A DNA stretch of 64,000 bases from Eledone cirrhosa (taxonomy: Eukaryota). The notes beneath the pieces were generated by a model. It had not been told where the DNA came from, made no database searches, and was given only the letters and a program-made list of their open reading frames with translations. Position numbers and translations under genes: made by a program. The stretch lies in NCBI GenBank assembly GCA_964016885.1, contig OZ024755.1, positions 29,574,001-29,638,000 on the forward strand, given 5' to 3'. This document shows, piece after piece, positions 29,721 to 43,144 of the stretch. Each line of letters starts with the position of its first letter. The stretch's first letter is position 1.

Positions 29721-30332
29721 TGGCGGCTGCCAACTGGTTTTCGAGTACGGCCACTACTTTATATCCATGTAGGAGAACCCCTACCGATGCGCTGAACGAG
29801 TGAGACTTTTTAGGCCAGCCAGCGACTTGAAAACTCTGGTACAAACACTACACTTGTGACAACAATTATTGACATATAGTGCTGGGCCCATGGTACCATG
29901 TGACGACAAGTGCAGAGAGATCTCCAGATATAAAGCAATGCCTGTGTCGTGAAACTTTTATAGTGAGCAAAGGCGCTGCACAAAGCCAATCCCACTCTCT
30001 TAACCAAGATGATATTTACCAAAAAGAAGAACAAGTCAACATCATTGGATACCATCAGGGTTGCAGGTGTTATATCAGAGTTTTCCTTCTCCTAGAATTC
30101 TGCCTTGACAAAGGCTAAGGGGTCATCTCTCCCGGTGATTTTGGATGGCCATTGACTCATAAGAGCTCCTTTGCCCTTTGATAGGTTTTGTTTTTAGTCC
30201 TGCAGGATGTCCAAAGTCACCCTCCTCACGAAGAAACCTTGGTGGGGTTGCCAGTTTAGTCGCCAACGACCCGACCATGAGACAGGTTGTACTGGGATAC
30301 ATGTTACCAGTAGCACCAACTGGTGACCTGAC
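29721..30332 (-). mobile_element. Bipartite non-autonomous RTE-derived element with 13-bp TSD
   Basis: TSD ATACAACACTATA at 29708-29720 and 30333-30345; 3' part encodes a C2H2 remnant Cxx[11 protein letters not shown](H)..AHR* like the RTE at 44403; other copies at 43486-44032 and 63516-63925. Confidence 0.85.
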
Positions 30333-30464
30333 ATACAACACTATAATATATACATATATACACACACAGCATCAAAATGTCGTAATGCAGACAGCCATAG
30401 ACATATACAGACATCAGACAGACAGACAGACAGATAGTATAGGGGCGCAACGTTATATCTATGC

Positions 30465-30668
30465 ATCTATCTAAAAAGAAAGACTAAGAAATATAGAGAG
30501 AACTGTAATCGCCTAATGCAGTCCCTAGCGCATTGAACATTTGAAATTGTTTTTGCTCAAAACACTCACAGGACCATAAGTATTACATGTGTAAAGTTTG
30601 AAAACAATCGGTTGCGTGGTTCTCGAATTTTGGGGAGTCAGACATTCTCTGTTTTAGATATATAGATT
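30465..30668 (-). mobile_element. Possible non-autonomous Helitron-like fragment
   Basis: AAGTTTGAAAACAATCGG..TTTTAGATATATAGAT end resembles invertebrate Helitron-N termini; no clear CTRR hairpin end. Confidence 0.3.
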
Positions 30669-31259
30669 TCAAGGATGTTGACCTATTATGTACATGATCA
30701 CGATGTCTCATCAGGATATTTGAAGTTAAGACATTGGAAGGTTCCACATATATTCTATAACAATAATTCCCTAAATTAATGAACTGAAATAAGCCCCAAA
30801 ATTAGGAAAATTAATGAGAGTGTCGGACATTTCTTGTCAAAGAAAGCCAGTTAGAAGACTTCACGATATAAATTGCTTGTAAATTTGAGCACAACTTGCG
30901 GCAAAGAGTGACATTGAGTTTTGGTAAAGACAACGATAATTCCGGTCGAGTTTCAGCATTATTAGTACTCCTTTGCAATATATAGTGGAATACTTATTTA
31001 GTAGGTTCTAGAAAGAATTTTTTTTTTTGTTGTGGAATTTTCAGCAATAGTATAATGACTTAGCATATTAAAAAATAATGTCCATAGCATTAAACTTTGT
31101 GTTATTAAATAGAGGCACTACTATATATATATATATTAGTAATATACGAAAGAAACATTCGTTATATCATCTCTATTTCATTATATCTATTTCGAAGATG
31201 TAAAGTTTCATGTATAACATAAAACAAAACATGACCCCCTCAGATAAAATAAAAAGCAA

Positions 31260-31337
<78 letters not shown>

Positions 31338-31464
31338 CTGTGTATAATTATATATATATATATGTGTGTGCGTGTGTAAAGCTATATATGAGAAATATGA
31401 TATATATGATAACTTCAATTGACATTTGAAACGTAATTGTGGATTGATCCCGAGATCAATTCAC

Positions 31465-31812
31465 AGATGATTGGCAGAATTGGTAGAGCGCTATTTGTTT
31501 TGGCTCTTTACGTACTGGGTTCGAATCCCGTTGGGGGAGGGGGTCAACGTAGCTTTCCAACCTTCCAGTGTCTATCAAATAAAGGACCAATAAATCATTG
31601 AGACCGATTTAACCAACGACCTCTTCCTCTAAGATGCGGGATTAGAACCTAAATTAGAAATCATTTTAAAGCATAGAGTTACCTCCCTTTATGATCTGAG
31701 TTCAAATCCCGCCGAGGTTAACTTTGCCTTTCATCCTTACGAGGTCGATAAAATAAAGTACCAGTAATGCACTGGTTAATTGCTGGCCTTGTGTCGAAAG
31801 CAGAAACAATTA
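31465..31812 (+). mobile_element. Two adjacent SINEs (old full-length copy, then a 5'-truncated young copy)
   Basis: GGTTCGAATCCC at ~31518; GAGTTCAAATCCCGCC plus core at ~31698-31812. Confidence 0.8.
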
Positions 31813-32203
31813 TATATTTTCAGTGAATTATAATTCTGAAAAATTATGTTTACACCATACGTCTAACGCAACTATACATTATATATTTAAAATTTACCAC
31901 ATTATACCTATGAGATTACACAGAAAAGGAAAAGTTTATATTTGCCAGACGTATAATATTGAATACGTCAATATATATTATATATAAGTCAAATATATCA
32001 GGCAAATCCAATCAAATATATACGATATTTCGATATCTCCAAACAGATTCATCCCCACAAAGAATTGTCACTAATCAAATATACATGACAATATTTTACC
32101 AACAGTTGTAAACACTTTATAACTTACGCCTACTTGATTAAACAATATAGGTCATGTTTACCATAAATTGGACAATAATAAGAATATACATACTCATAAA
32201 AGG

Positions 32204-32303
<100 letters not shown>

Positions 32304-33118
32304 TTGTTTGTGTGTGTCTTCGCGCGTGTGTGTGTGTGTATATATATATAAATTAATAAAAACAATGAAATAAAATCAAAGAACAAGTTCCTTATATTAA
32401 AAAAATTCATCATTTTACGATCGTTTTGAGGATGTATATGTGTGTTGGTATATATATATATATATATATATATAAATTTCAGCTCTATTGTCTCTGGGTT
32501 CAAATGACGCCGATGTCAATTTTGCCTTTCATCTATTCGAGGTCGATGAAAAAGTACCAGTCAAGTACTGGAGTCGATTCTACCTCCATACCTCTTTCTC
32601 ACTTCCATTCTTTCACTTACTATCCTTCTCTGGTGGAAACCTGGCCAATTCAAACGTGGAGCGGTGATGGGCTCCGCTGGGTTGTAAAGATGTCCTAGAA
32701 ACGCCGTATGTCAAGATAGGGTCCCTACGACTCCCTCAGTCTTTACGGGACCTTGCATACATATATATATATATATATATACTCACTCTACATGTTCCCA
32801 AGTATTGAGATCTCCCATTTGACGTCTTGACATTCGCAGCACCGCACTACAGTAACTGGACTTTATAATCCACGCGTGCGTGCGTGTGTGTAAAAAGTAA
32901 ACAGAAATAACATCACCATCGGTACAGCATATGGAAGGAATATATTATGTTTACGCTTGATGGTCTTAAATTTTCCTATATATATATATATATAAAAGAG
33001 AGAGAATTATTAAAATAACAGATTAAAGTTTAAGCAAAGAATCGCTGCTTTCACCCTTAACGGGATCTTCTGAAACTATGGAGCCCTATTTGGATTTTAG
33101 CCTTCAAATAAATTATTA

Positions 33119-33741
<623 letters not shown>

Positions 33742-33789
33742 ACGTATATATAACTGATATTATTGTAAGAGATTTTAATGATGATGAAA

Positions 33790-33995
33790 TAATTTGTTCT
33801 ACTTTTGGCACAAGGCCAACAATTTTGGAGTAGGGAAGAGTCATTTAAGTCGTCCCCAATTCGTTACTTCTACTTAAATTTTATCGACCAGGTGGTGCTA
33901 TTAAGTTTGACATGGCCAGGGCTGTTAATGGCCGAAAGTTATCAAAGTGAAGACCCCGTGAAAATGAAAGGCAAAGCAAACTGGCGGTATTTGAA
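33790..33995 (-). mobile_element. SINE interrupted by a ~60-bp LINE 3'-end fragment (~33889-33950, +)
   Basis: SINE core split at ATCGACC|..|GACCCCG; the insert AGGTGGTGCTATTAAGTTTGACATGGCC..TGGCCGAAAGTTATCAAAGT resembles 57619-57690. Confidence 0.75.
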
Positions 33996-35233
33996 GATGA
34001 TGAAATAACAGAAAATATATTGCAACAAATTTCACCAATGCTTAAAAATTATTATATGGCACAAGCTATGAAATATAGATTAAATTAACTAAGTATTTAT
34101 TGTTGTTTTGTTTAATGAATCTAGAAAAGATATCAAGAAATTTTCAAATATAAAATACGTTGAAGATTATAATTTCTACCCATAACATTTTTTTATTAAA
34201 TTTAATACCATACTCCACGAATTATGTAATCTTACATTCAGTACAGATTGTCTTTAGCTTTAAGTTTTGATGTATCTTAATGCACACTTATGTATGTATG
34301 GATATATTTCATTCACTTTTTTATACCCATAAACATCTGAATTGTGTACATTAAATACATTATCAAAAAAGAAATATCGTATTAGAGGTAATTTTAAATA
34401 TCAAATATCTTACATATTTCTATTAACCAACGCTATTTAGCATAGCAGGTGTTTGGATACTGAGGTACCGTATTCATATTTGACATTTTTTTTATTCAAT
34501 TGAATGAAATAATCTAGCGATTGTCTAGAATTTATTGGTTTTGTGCTTTTATTTTCAGTTTAGAAAATATGACTCATGAACCATTCAATTATAAACTCAT
34601 TATTTTTAATGCACAGATGATCTTTCATCTGAAAACATATCGAATGCTATTAATTCGTTAAATATTAGATTTATTTAATACTTGCATAATTTATTTTATT
34701 TGAATTGACTGGAAGTAGAGATGTGTTACATTTACGCCTTTCTAAATTTCATTACTGGCTTAAGTGAGGGAAAAGAGTTTCAAACACGAAGCTATAACTT
34801 GCTTTTATTTCAACGTACCGGAACCTTTCCATTAAAATTCAACATATGAAACTATAGTTCTTTCAAGAAGAGAATGCGTAGGATGAACAACACTGATATC
34901 TGTCATGTGTTTTCCATCACTGGATTTGTGTTTGGTACTTAGAAAATATAATTAAAATCACATGGTTCAATGCATGAAGGTTGAAATATCGTCAAAAGGT
35001 GGGAAGACATTACAACTCTAAACATCGATATGCGTGTTTATTATCTTGCAGAGGTGAGTTCAAATCGTTCTGTAATTATGATGCAGACGTTAGGTATATT
35101 CATCAACAATGATACAATAATCAATCTAAGTATAACTGTAGATACCATTGACTTTATGATAATCAACTATAACAGACTATTCGTTTAAACTCCTACTGAT
35201 TTTTCTAGATGATTCTTATTATTTTCTTATAAA

Positions 35234-35862
35234 TCGGTGGAATGGCAGTATCGGTAGAGGGTCTGACGCCATGCTTTGTAGCATAGAGTTACGGCCATTT
35301 ATAATCTGAGTTCAAATCCAGCCGAAGTTAACTTTACCTTTCATCGTTACGGGATCGATAAAATAAAGTACCAGTCACGCACTGTGGTCGATTTAATCGA
35401 CTTTACCCTCCCCCAAAATTGATGGCATTGTGCCTATATCAGAAACCATTATTTTTTCGTAAATCTAGTAGGGCGGTGGAATGGCAGTATCGGTAGAGGG
35501 TCGGACGCCATGCTTTGACGCATAGTTACGGCCCTTGCCATTCTGAGTTCAAATCCTGCCGGGGTTAACTTTGCCTTCCATCTTTACGGGGTCGATAAAA
35601 TAAAGTACCAGTAATGCACTGGGTAATTACTGGCCTTGTGCCAAAAGTAGAAACAATTATTTTCTCGTAAATCTGTAGATTGGCAGTATCGGTAGAGCGT
35701 CAGTAACCATGCTTTGCAGCATAGAGTTACGGCCCTTTATAGTCTGAGTTCAAATCTCGCCGAGGTTAACTTTGCCTTTCATCCTTACGAGGTCGACAAA
35801 ATAAAGTATCAGTAATGCACTGGGGTAAATGCTGGCCTTGTGCCACAAGTAGAAACAATTAT
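35234..35862 (+). mobile_element. Tandem train of three tRNA-derived SINEs
   Basis: Copies at ~35234-35452, 35471-35660 and 35675-35862, separated by repeats of ATTTTCTC(G/A)TAAAT. Confidence 0.92.
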
Positions 35863-36238
35863 TTTCTCATAAATTTTAGTAAGTATCTGTGTATGCATCT
35901 TCGATTTTAAAATTGTACTCTCACTAAAAACAACATTATACTGTTTTACATAAGAAAAGGACACGTTCGAAACTATATCCCTATAAGTCTAACTCTCCAA
36001 AGAAAGAAATTGGGGTGATGAATAAAAGTATCCTCGAATATATTTGATCTGGAGATAAAGATTACAATGAAACCAGCAGAGACGGATATAGATTTGCTCC
36101 ATTTAAACATTGGGTAGAAATTATACCACTGCCAATGCATCAATATTACGTAGTTTGCCGAGTTCTGCAGGCAAGAACAATCCTACGATCCTGGGACTTT
36201 AATTCAGTACTAACGTGAATCTAATATTACATTTAAAA

Positions 36239-36433
36239 TCGGTGGATTGGCAGAATCGGTAGAGCATCGAACAACATTCTTTATGGCATAGTGTTACGCC
36301 CCTTTACGATCTAAGTTCAAATCCTGCCGAGGTTAGCTTTGCCTTTCATCCTTACGGGGTCGATAAAATAAAGCACCATTAATGCACCCGGGTCGAATTA
36401 ATTGACTTTTTCCTCCCCAAAAATATTTGGCCT
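36239..36433 (+). mobile_element. tRNA-derived SINE with TSD ATATTACATTTAAAA
   Basis: TSD at ~36224-36238 and ~36434-36448. Confidence 0.9.
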
Positions 36434-36969
36434 TATGCCTAAATCAGAAATAAATATTACATTTAAAAAAAAATCGTTGTAAAATTAGAATTTAATTTGC
36501 AAATCCCCTCTAGGGAGAGGAAAAATTTAAAATATTTACGATCATCTCTATCTGACCATCATAAAACCCCAAAACATTCTCTATAAATCGTCATTTCCCT
36601 AACCCTTAAAAAATGACAAAATAATTTCATTCTTTTAATTTATTAATTATTTATTTTTTTATTTATTTTCATTGCACCCTTTCATCTGTGCAGACCCTCT
36701 GATACCGCTCCACTCTCACATCTCCTACCTTCTCTCTCTATATATATATATGTGTATATATTCAACACAACACAACAGACCAGTTTGAAGATGGCACTGA
36801 ATACGAAGAAGTTTCCAGATAGTTAACGAGGACTTAAATTCTCCTCATAGGTTAACAAGGACTTACCAGCACTAATATGAATAATATTATAATATTGTAA
36901 AGATTTGAATTATTAAAGAATATCAACCACCAGTGACGTCATTTTTCCATCCTTTGAAGAAAAAAAAAC

Positions 36970-36998
<29 letters not shown>

Positions 36999-37001
<3 letters not shown>

Positions 37002-37116
37002 GAACGAGTAGGACTCCAATGGGGTCCTACTCGTTCCTATTACCCACTCTACTACCCTCAGTATTGAGTACTTTGGTGCGTTATGGTCCATCTGGTTCCT
37101 TACCACATTTCCTTCG

Positions 37117-37118
<2 letters not shown>
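36999..37118 (+). mobile_element. Palindromic family A copy with the inner hairpin deleted
   Basis: TAGGAACGAGTAGGACTCCA-A-TGGGGTCCTACTCGTTCCTA plus tail. Confidence 0.85.
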
Positions 37119-37171
<53 letters not shown>

Positions 37172-37176
<5 letters not shown>

Positions 37177-37489
37177 AGATCAAAAGATGGTTAAAAGAGT
37201 TCCATGTATTTTATTATGAGCATTTCAAAAAAGAAATATCATATGAAGGTTAAAGAATACTTGTGAATAGTGCAGATTTGAATCAACAATGTTTCAGTGC
37301 AGTTTTAAATCAACGCAAATGTCATCGCATGATGCTATTTGTTTTTGAAATGCGCATAATAAAATACATGGAACTCTTTTAACCATCTTTTGATCTTATA
37401 TATTATTTATACTCCAGTCCTACAAACTGTATAGTGCTACTTATCCGATATCTGCATTGCTTTATTGTACTACAATAAAACTCACCTCC

Positions 37490-37492
<3 letters not shown>
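37172..37492 (+). mobile_element. PLE-like mini-element family B, rearranged with inverted arms
   Basis: 37172-37230 is the reverse complement of 37342-37400; keeps GAAATGCGCATA but lacks CTGATGA; homologs at 47008-47105, 50409-50602 and 55567-55732. Confidence 0.75.
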
Positions 37493-37499
<7 letters not shown>

Positions 37500-37530
<31 letters not shown>

Positions 37531-37734
37531 TATATATAAATATATATATATATACAGTATATATAAATATATATATATACAGTATATATAAATATATATA
37601 CAGTATATATAAATATATATATATACAGTATATATAAATATATATATATACAGTATATATATATACAGTATATATATATATATATATATACAGTATATAT
37701 AAATATATAAATATATATATATATATATATACAG

Positions 37735-37811
<77 letters not shown>

Positions 37812-37901
37812 CAGTATATATAAATATATATGTATATATACAGTATATATAAATATATATGTATATATACAGTATATATAAATATATATGTATATATACA
37901 G

Positions 37902-37905
<4 letters not shown>
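37500..37905. repeat. Minisatellite of (TA)n-CAGTATATATAAA units
   Basis: Direct. Confidence 0.9.
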
Positions 37906-37957
<52 letters not shown>

Positions 37958-38275
37958 GTATGACTGTCCATAGATCCCAAATTAAAATACGGGAATACAG
38001 GAAAATACCACTGAGTGAACACATTGATACCTGTGCCGCCCAAAATCATCCCAACTTCTTGACTTAAGATAATAAATCAACAAAAACAAATTGTATTGGC
38101 AATGGTCGTGGTGCTTGGACAAATTTAAATTTCAAAATCAATATATATGTATGGAGGGGGATGGGGGTGCGTGTGTGTGTATGTGTATGTCTGTGTGTGT
38201 GTGCGTATATACGTAGTAATAATACTAAACACACTCGCGCGCGCGCGGAGAAACAAACGCATGCTCATATAGAGA

Positions 38276-38463
38276 ATAATTGTTTCTACTTTAGGCACAA
38301 GGCCAGCAATTACCCAGTGCTTTACTGGTACTTTATTTTATCGACCCCGTAAAGATGAAAAGCAAAGTTAACCTTTGCGGGATTTGAACTCAGACCGTAA
38401 AGGGACGTAACTATGCTGTAAAGCATGGCGTCCGACTCTCTACAGATACTGCCAATCCACCAC
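38276..38463 (-). mobile_element. tRNA-derived SINE
   Basis: Full reverse-complement copy. Confidence 0.92.
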
Positions 38464-38937
38464 CGGTGAATAATGAGAAACTCAGTGTACGCTTTTGTCG
38501 TAATATGTGTGTTTAAATTATGAGGAAAGATGGATGTCACGAACAAATATGTTGATATCTAATATCGTATAAAATCATACATTTCCATTTTAAATACAAT
38601 GTTTATGAAGGTACATCTTTTAAATATAATAATCATAAATATATGAAGATTTAACTTCCACATATTATGGTAGGGAATAAATCGTACGCACAAGAGTTAC
38701 TGCTTAAATATTTGATATATCATATTACTTGAACTTTAAATCAATAATATTTATTTTTTCTGAATTTTTATGCATGTGTTTTTGTTTTTGTTGTTTTTTT
38801 TTTTGTTTTTTTTTGGTTTTTACCTTTTCCATTATTTTAAAATCTAATATATATTTCATTCTCACACGCCTTTCAAACATGTCATATATGTAGAAATACA
38901 ATTCCACCTAATATTGTTTATAGCTAAGATAACATTA

Positions 38938-39322
38938 ATAATTATTTCTACTTTTGGCACACGGCCAGCAATTACCCCCAGTGTATTACTGGTACTTTAT
39001 TTTATCGACCCCGTAAAGATGAAAGGCAAAGTTAATCTCGGCGGGATTTGAACTCAGATCATAAAGGGCCGTAACTCTATGCTGCAAAGCATGGCGTCCG
39101 ACCCTCTACCGATACTGCCAATCAAACATTAATAATTGTTTCTACTTTTGGCACAAGGCCAGCAAATCACCCCGCAGTGTATTACTGGTACTTTATTTTA
39201 TCGACCCCGTAAGGATGAAAGGCAAAATTAACCTCGGCGGGATTTGAACACAGTCCGTAAAGGGCCGTAACTATGCTGCAAAGCATGGTGTCCGACCGTC
39301 TACCGATACTGCCAATACACCG
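38938..39322 (-). mobile_element. Two tandem tRNA-derived SINEs
   Basis: 38938-39122 and 39131-39322, with AACATTAATAAT repeated at the junctions. Confidence 0.92.
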
Positions 39323-39790
39323 TTAATAATACAATATCATTGTCACTCTTTCTGCTGCTAACTTATTCATTGCGTCCACATTTTTGCTAAGGGATCTCTT
39401 TTTCGGTATAACTTATAAAAAGCTAACTTAAATAAATGAACCTTAAACAAAGATAATATCCGGTTTATTTTCACCATTATAATATTATATTGCTGTAGCT
39501 GCAGAAACATTCGAATTTAGATTTACACCTGTCTTCGATTTACAACATTATAGAAATATCATCGTATTGACATAGCGATTCCTCAGTTCAGTCCTAGGAC
39601 GATATGACCCTCCATACCACTAGCTTACGAATATATGATGCACGGACCAGTCTCTACGGTATAAGAAATCTTTCTAATTCTTAATATTCCTTAAGTTGTA
39701 ATAGCTGCAAATATTGAATAAATTGTTGTAATTAGATTGAATGAGTGACAGTTCATAAAAGGAATAAATTAATTAATATAAACAGTCATC

Positions 39791-40241
39791 GTGAAGGCGC
39801 ATGGCTTAGTGGTGAGGGCATTGGGCTTGCAGTCGAGAGGTTGTAAGCTCGATTCTCGGGCCGGGTGATGTGTCCTTGAGCAATATACTTTATTTCACGT
39901 TGCTCCAATTTACTCAGCTGTAGAAATGAGTTGCGCTCCTGCCAAATCAATGGGTGGCAGTAGTTCCAGATGCACCCATCAAAAGTCTGGTGTAGTGGTT
40001 CTGAGAAGAATGCGGCTTTGCAGATGATCAATGTAAATTGAAAATAGAAAGACGCTCCAGCTCGAGTGAGAAGGGAACTATTGACGTTCAGGAGAAGCAG
40101 CGACCCCTGATTGTATTCAGCAACCGAAACAAATATGAAGTACACCAAATCCAATGTACACCAAATCCAATGCTCCTATGGGGCGGCCCTGTTTCTTCTT
40201 ATTTGCGACTTGAACTCGGCCAGATTAGATTAGATTAGATT
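39791..40241 (+). mobile_element. tRNA-head, CORE-like SINE with (AGATT)n tail
   Basis: Head TGGCTTAGTGG..CTCGATTC; CORE-like GTGTCCTTGAGCAA..CTCAGCTGTAGAAATGAG; 3' module shared with 13336-13626. Confidence 0.75.
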
Positions 40242-41199
40242 GAATATCGAGTTTGAAGCGCGAGTGTAGAATTCGTAGAATAATGACCAGTCTAAAAGAT
40301 GATGAGTATATAAATGTTTGTGTGATCTTATCTCATCCATTTTCATCCTTTGGTTCTTTTCTTCCTATCATGTCTATGGGCCAACACACTTCTAGCTGAT
40401 TTCTATGCTTTGAGGTAAATGACGCTGTCACTGGCGATATTTTGTTGTTTTAATAACTTTTTGTGTTGCGTTCTTTAATTAATGTTGTCTGAATGATGTG
40501 GACAATAAATTTTTTATTTATAGAAATTACCTTAGCGTTGGATATGAAAACAAAAATCCACTGATTGGCATGTTTGTTTATACTACACTATACTAACGAT
40601 ATCAAATAGACAGAAAAATATTTCGGTGAGTATAGCTTGCCTATAAACAGAGATGAAACTGTCCTATCTTTCCCGAAGCATGTAAATTAATTTGAGTAGC
40701 TAAATCATACTTTCTTGAAAATATCTCTCTTTTGAGAATCACTAACAAATACTGCTATATTGTATCTAGCTACAAATACTGCTATATTGTATCTATCTAA
40801 CTAACGAATAGTTGCGTGTGTAAATTTAAACGATCCAACATTGGAATTCAAGACCGAAGCTGATTGCAATCAATCCACCCGCCAAATAGATGTCCAATCG
40901 TATCGAAGGGTTTAGATACGTCTATGTTGACCAGAGCGTTATCGACTCCAGATTTCAGAACTGACGTTTCAATAGTGTTTCGCACCAGTGGTAAGATTAC
41001 ATGGATTGAAAAGTACAGACTTTCATTGGTTTAGACGGCAATTATTACTTTTGTTCCATCAACTAATTACTTGCTCCTGTAATTAACAATGTAAGCGACT
41101 GTGTATCCTTTGGGTTCGTTTACACGTAACGAAAATTTCAGGGAGATTCAGCGAGGTCCACTTTATGATAGATGTAGGTGTTTGACTTACAGATATAGT

Positions 41200-41385
41200 C
41201 CACCAGACCGGCCTCCAAACAGTTGTCGTTTACCCAATTTTGTCCGCGGGAATGTTTTTACGGTCTTGTCCGCGAGACGCAGTCCCAATAACCCCGCGCC
41301 CTACGCCCAGAGCTCATCACCCTCCCCTTCCCCTCCATATTCGTCTGTAACATTAGAACCCTTGCCTTCCCCTTCCTGTTCCATT
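41200..41385. promoter_or_regulatory. CpG-rich unique island, possible promoter/enhancer
   Basis: CCAAT motifs, CCCCGCGCCC GC-box-like sequence and pyrimidine tracts in an AT-rich background; no linked gene identified. Confidence 0.3.
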
Positions 41386-42390
41386 TTCATAAATACAAAA
41401 GACATTTGAATGACTCTTCTTTGTGTTGTGAGTACTCTTTGTATTTGCTTGTTCAATATTTCAATAAACTATAGTCATTTGTATATAAAAAAATAATTCT
41501 AACATTAACTCTCACGCACTCATCTTTCTACACCTCTCCCTTCTCACATGTAGGTGACCCGAGGCCATTGTAATGCCATGCAGTACGATAAAACCCGAGA
41601 ACAAATTATTGTGAAGCAAACATCTTAACTATGCGCCCGTAGTGTCTTCACGTTCACGCAAATAAATCTGCTGAAAGTGGATCGATTCTGTACACTTATG
41701 CATTCGACAGCTTTTTAGATAAAATGAACCCCACTTTGGATACTTCCATAGCAACGCTATTGCTTTTAGGTCAACTTGACTATTTGATTTGTAAGTAATT
41801 ATTTGTATCGTAGAAGTAGTCCAACGATCATGCGATACATGTGTTTCAGTGGTACTGCCTTTCTTCAGTGCTGCAAGCATTTAGACTGGGATTCTTGTCA
41901 TTCCTGTGACATTTACACTTCTGAATAAGGTATGAAATAAATAAAAAATGCATATATCATTTTCATTTAAAAATACTGGCTATTAGAGTAGATATCGCTT
42001 GTTTGAAAACTGTATATATCTAGTTTTGACAAAGTCTATGATGAATCAATTAAATCACTTTATGATATAGTTCAAAACTCGTAACAGCTTTTAAAATTAA
42101 TTTAGTTGGTTTTCGGTAATGTAAATTAGAGACTTCTCACCTATATTAAATTATGTAATGTGATATTTCAACAAACCATAAAATATATAACCATAAAAAT
42201 CGAAATTGAATAATTTCCTTCTAATATCTAATACAATTAATTTGCTTTTAATCCTTTCTCTGTTTTACAGCAGTAACATGTATAATGTATATTGATACTG
42301 GTTTCTAAATACAGAATACGAATGGCAACGCATTTCACAAAGAACAGTCACACTAAAAGATATTCTATATAGAGACTAATGTACATACAT

Positions 42391-43110
42391 GTGGAAGGTA
42401 GCTGCCCAGCAGATGCCAATATATATCAAAGGTTAGTGAAAAGGAGAATATTTATGCAGAACTAATGAGAAATCTGGAGATACTCGACCTTGACTAGACC
42501 TTCAGATTTATACCTGTGATTGTTGGGGCACTGGGATATGTTAGTAACTGCCACAATACAAATCTTGAGAAGGTGGGCTTCACAGAAACAGAAAGAACAC
42601 AACTAGTTAGGAAATTACAAGTACAATCCATTAATGGAACAGTAAAAATATGTAAAACATTCCAAAAATCTGCATCTAATAACTGCATATACACATGTAC
42701 AGATACAAAGCGTATGCACATGCACACATACAACTCAAAACATCCACATGCACACACACAATAACATCCATACCTGCATATACATACACATGCATCTACA
42801 TATGTACGCATACATACATTTGTACATGTGTATCTACACATTTACACATTTTTGGATGGCCGTTAACTCTTGTGAGTTCTTCCGCCCTTTGTCAGGTTTT
42901 TCTTTTTGTCCTGTAGAGTGTCCAAAATTACCCTACTCACCGAGTAAACTTGGTGGGGCTGCAATAATATCCATACCTGCGCGGACATGCAGACATATCT
43001 AGCTAGTTGATGTTGTGTAAATTACTATGAGAGAGTCTTGTATCTATGTTGGAAACCGACTCTCTCTCTATATTGGCAAAGAAATGTGAAATTATAAAAC
43101 CAGAAGAACA
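42391..43110 (+). pseudogene. 3' fragment of an RLE-type (R4/Dong-like) LINE with (TACA)n tail
   Basis: VEGSCPADAN..EKENIYAELMRNL..FIPVIVGALGYV..INGTVKICKTF; frameshift and stop present; RTE 5'-UTR-like fragment inserted at ~42850-42962. Confidence 0.8.
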
Positions 43111-43144
43111 TACATACATACATATATACATTCATACATACATA

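Noticed and set aside
29810-30118. Repeated 79-81 aa ORFs (MVSNDVDL.., M.GPWYHV..) as a small gene family
   Set aside because: Conserved only because they lie in three copies of one non-autonomous element; alternative starts and shifting stops
30655-30720. CTGATGA..GAAA on the minus strand
   Set aside because: Neither stem I nor stem II can be formed
33030-33078. CAGAAGA-tccc..gggt-GAAA (family F, minus) as a hammerhead
   Set aside because: Core deviates and no stem I complement follows a plausible cleavage site
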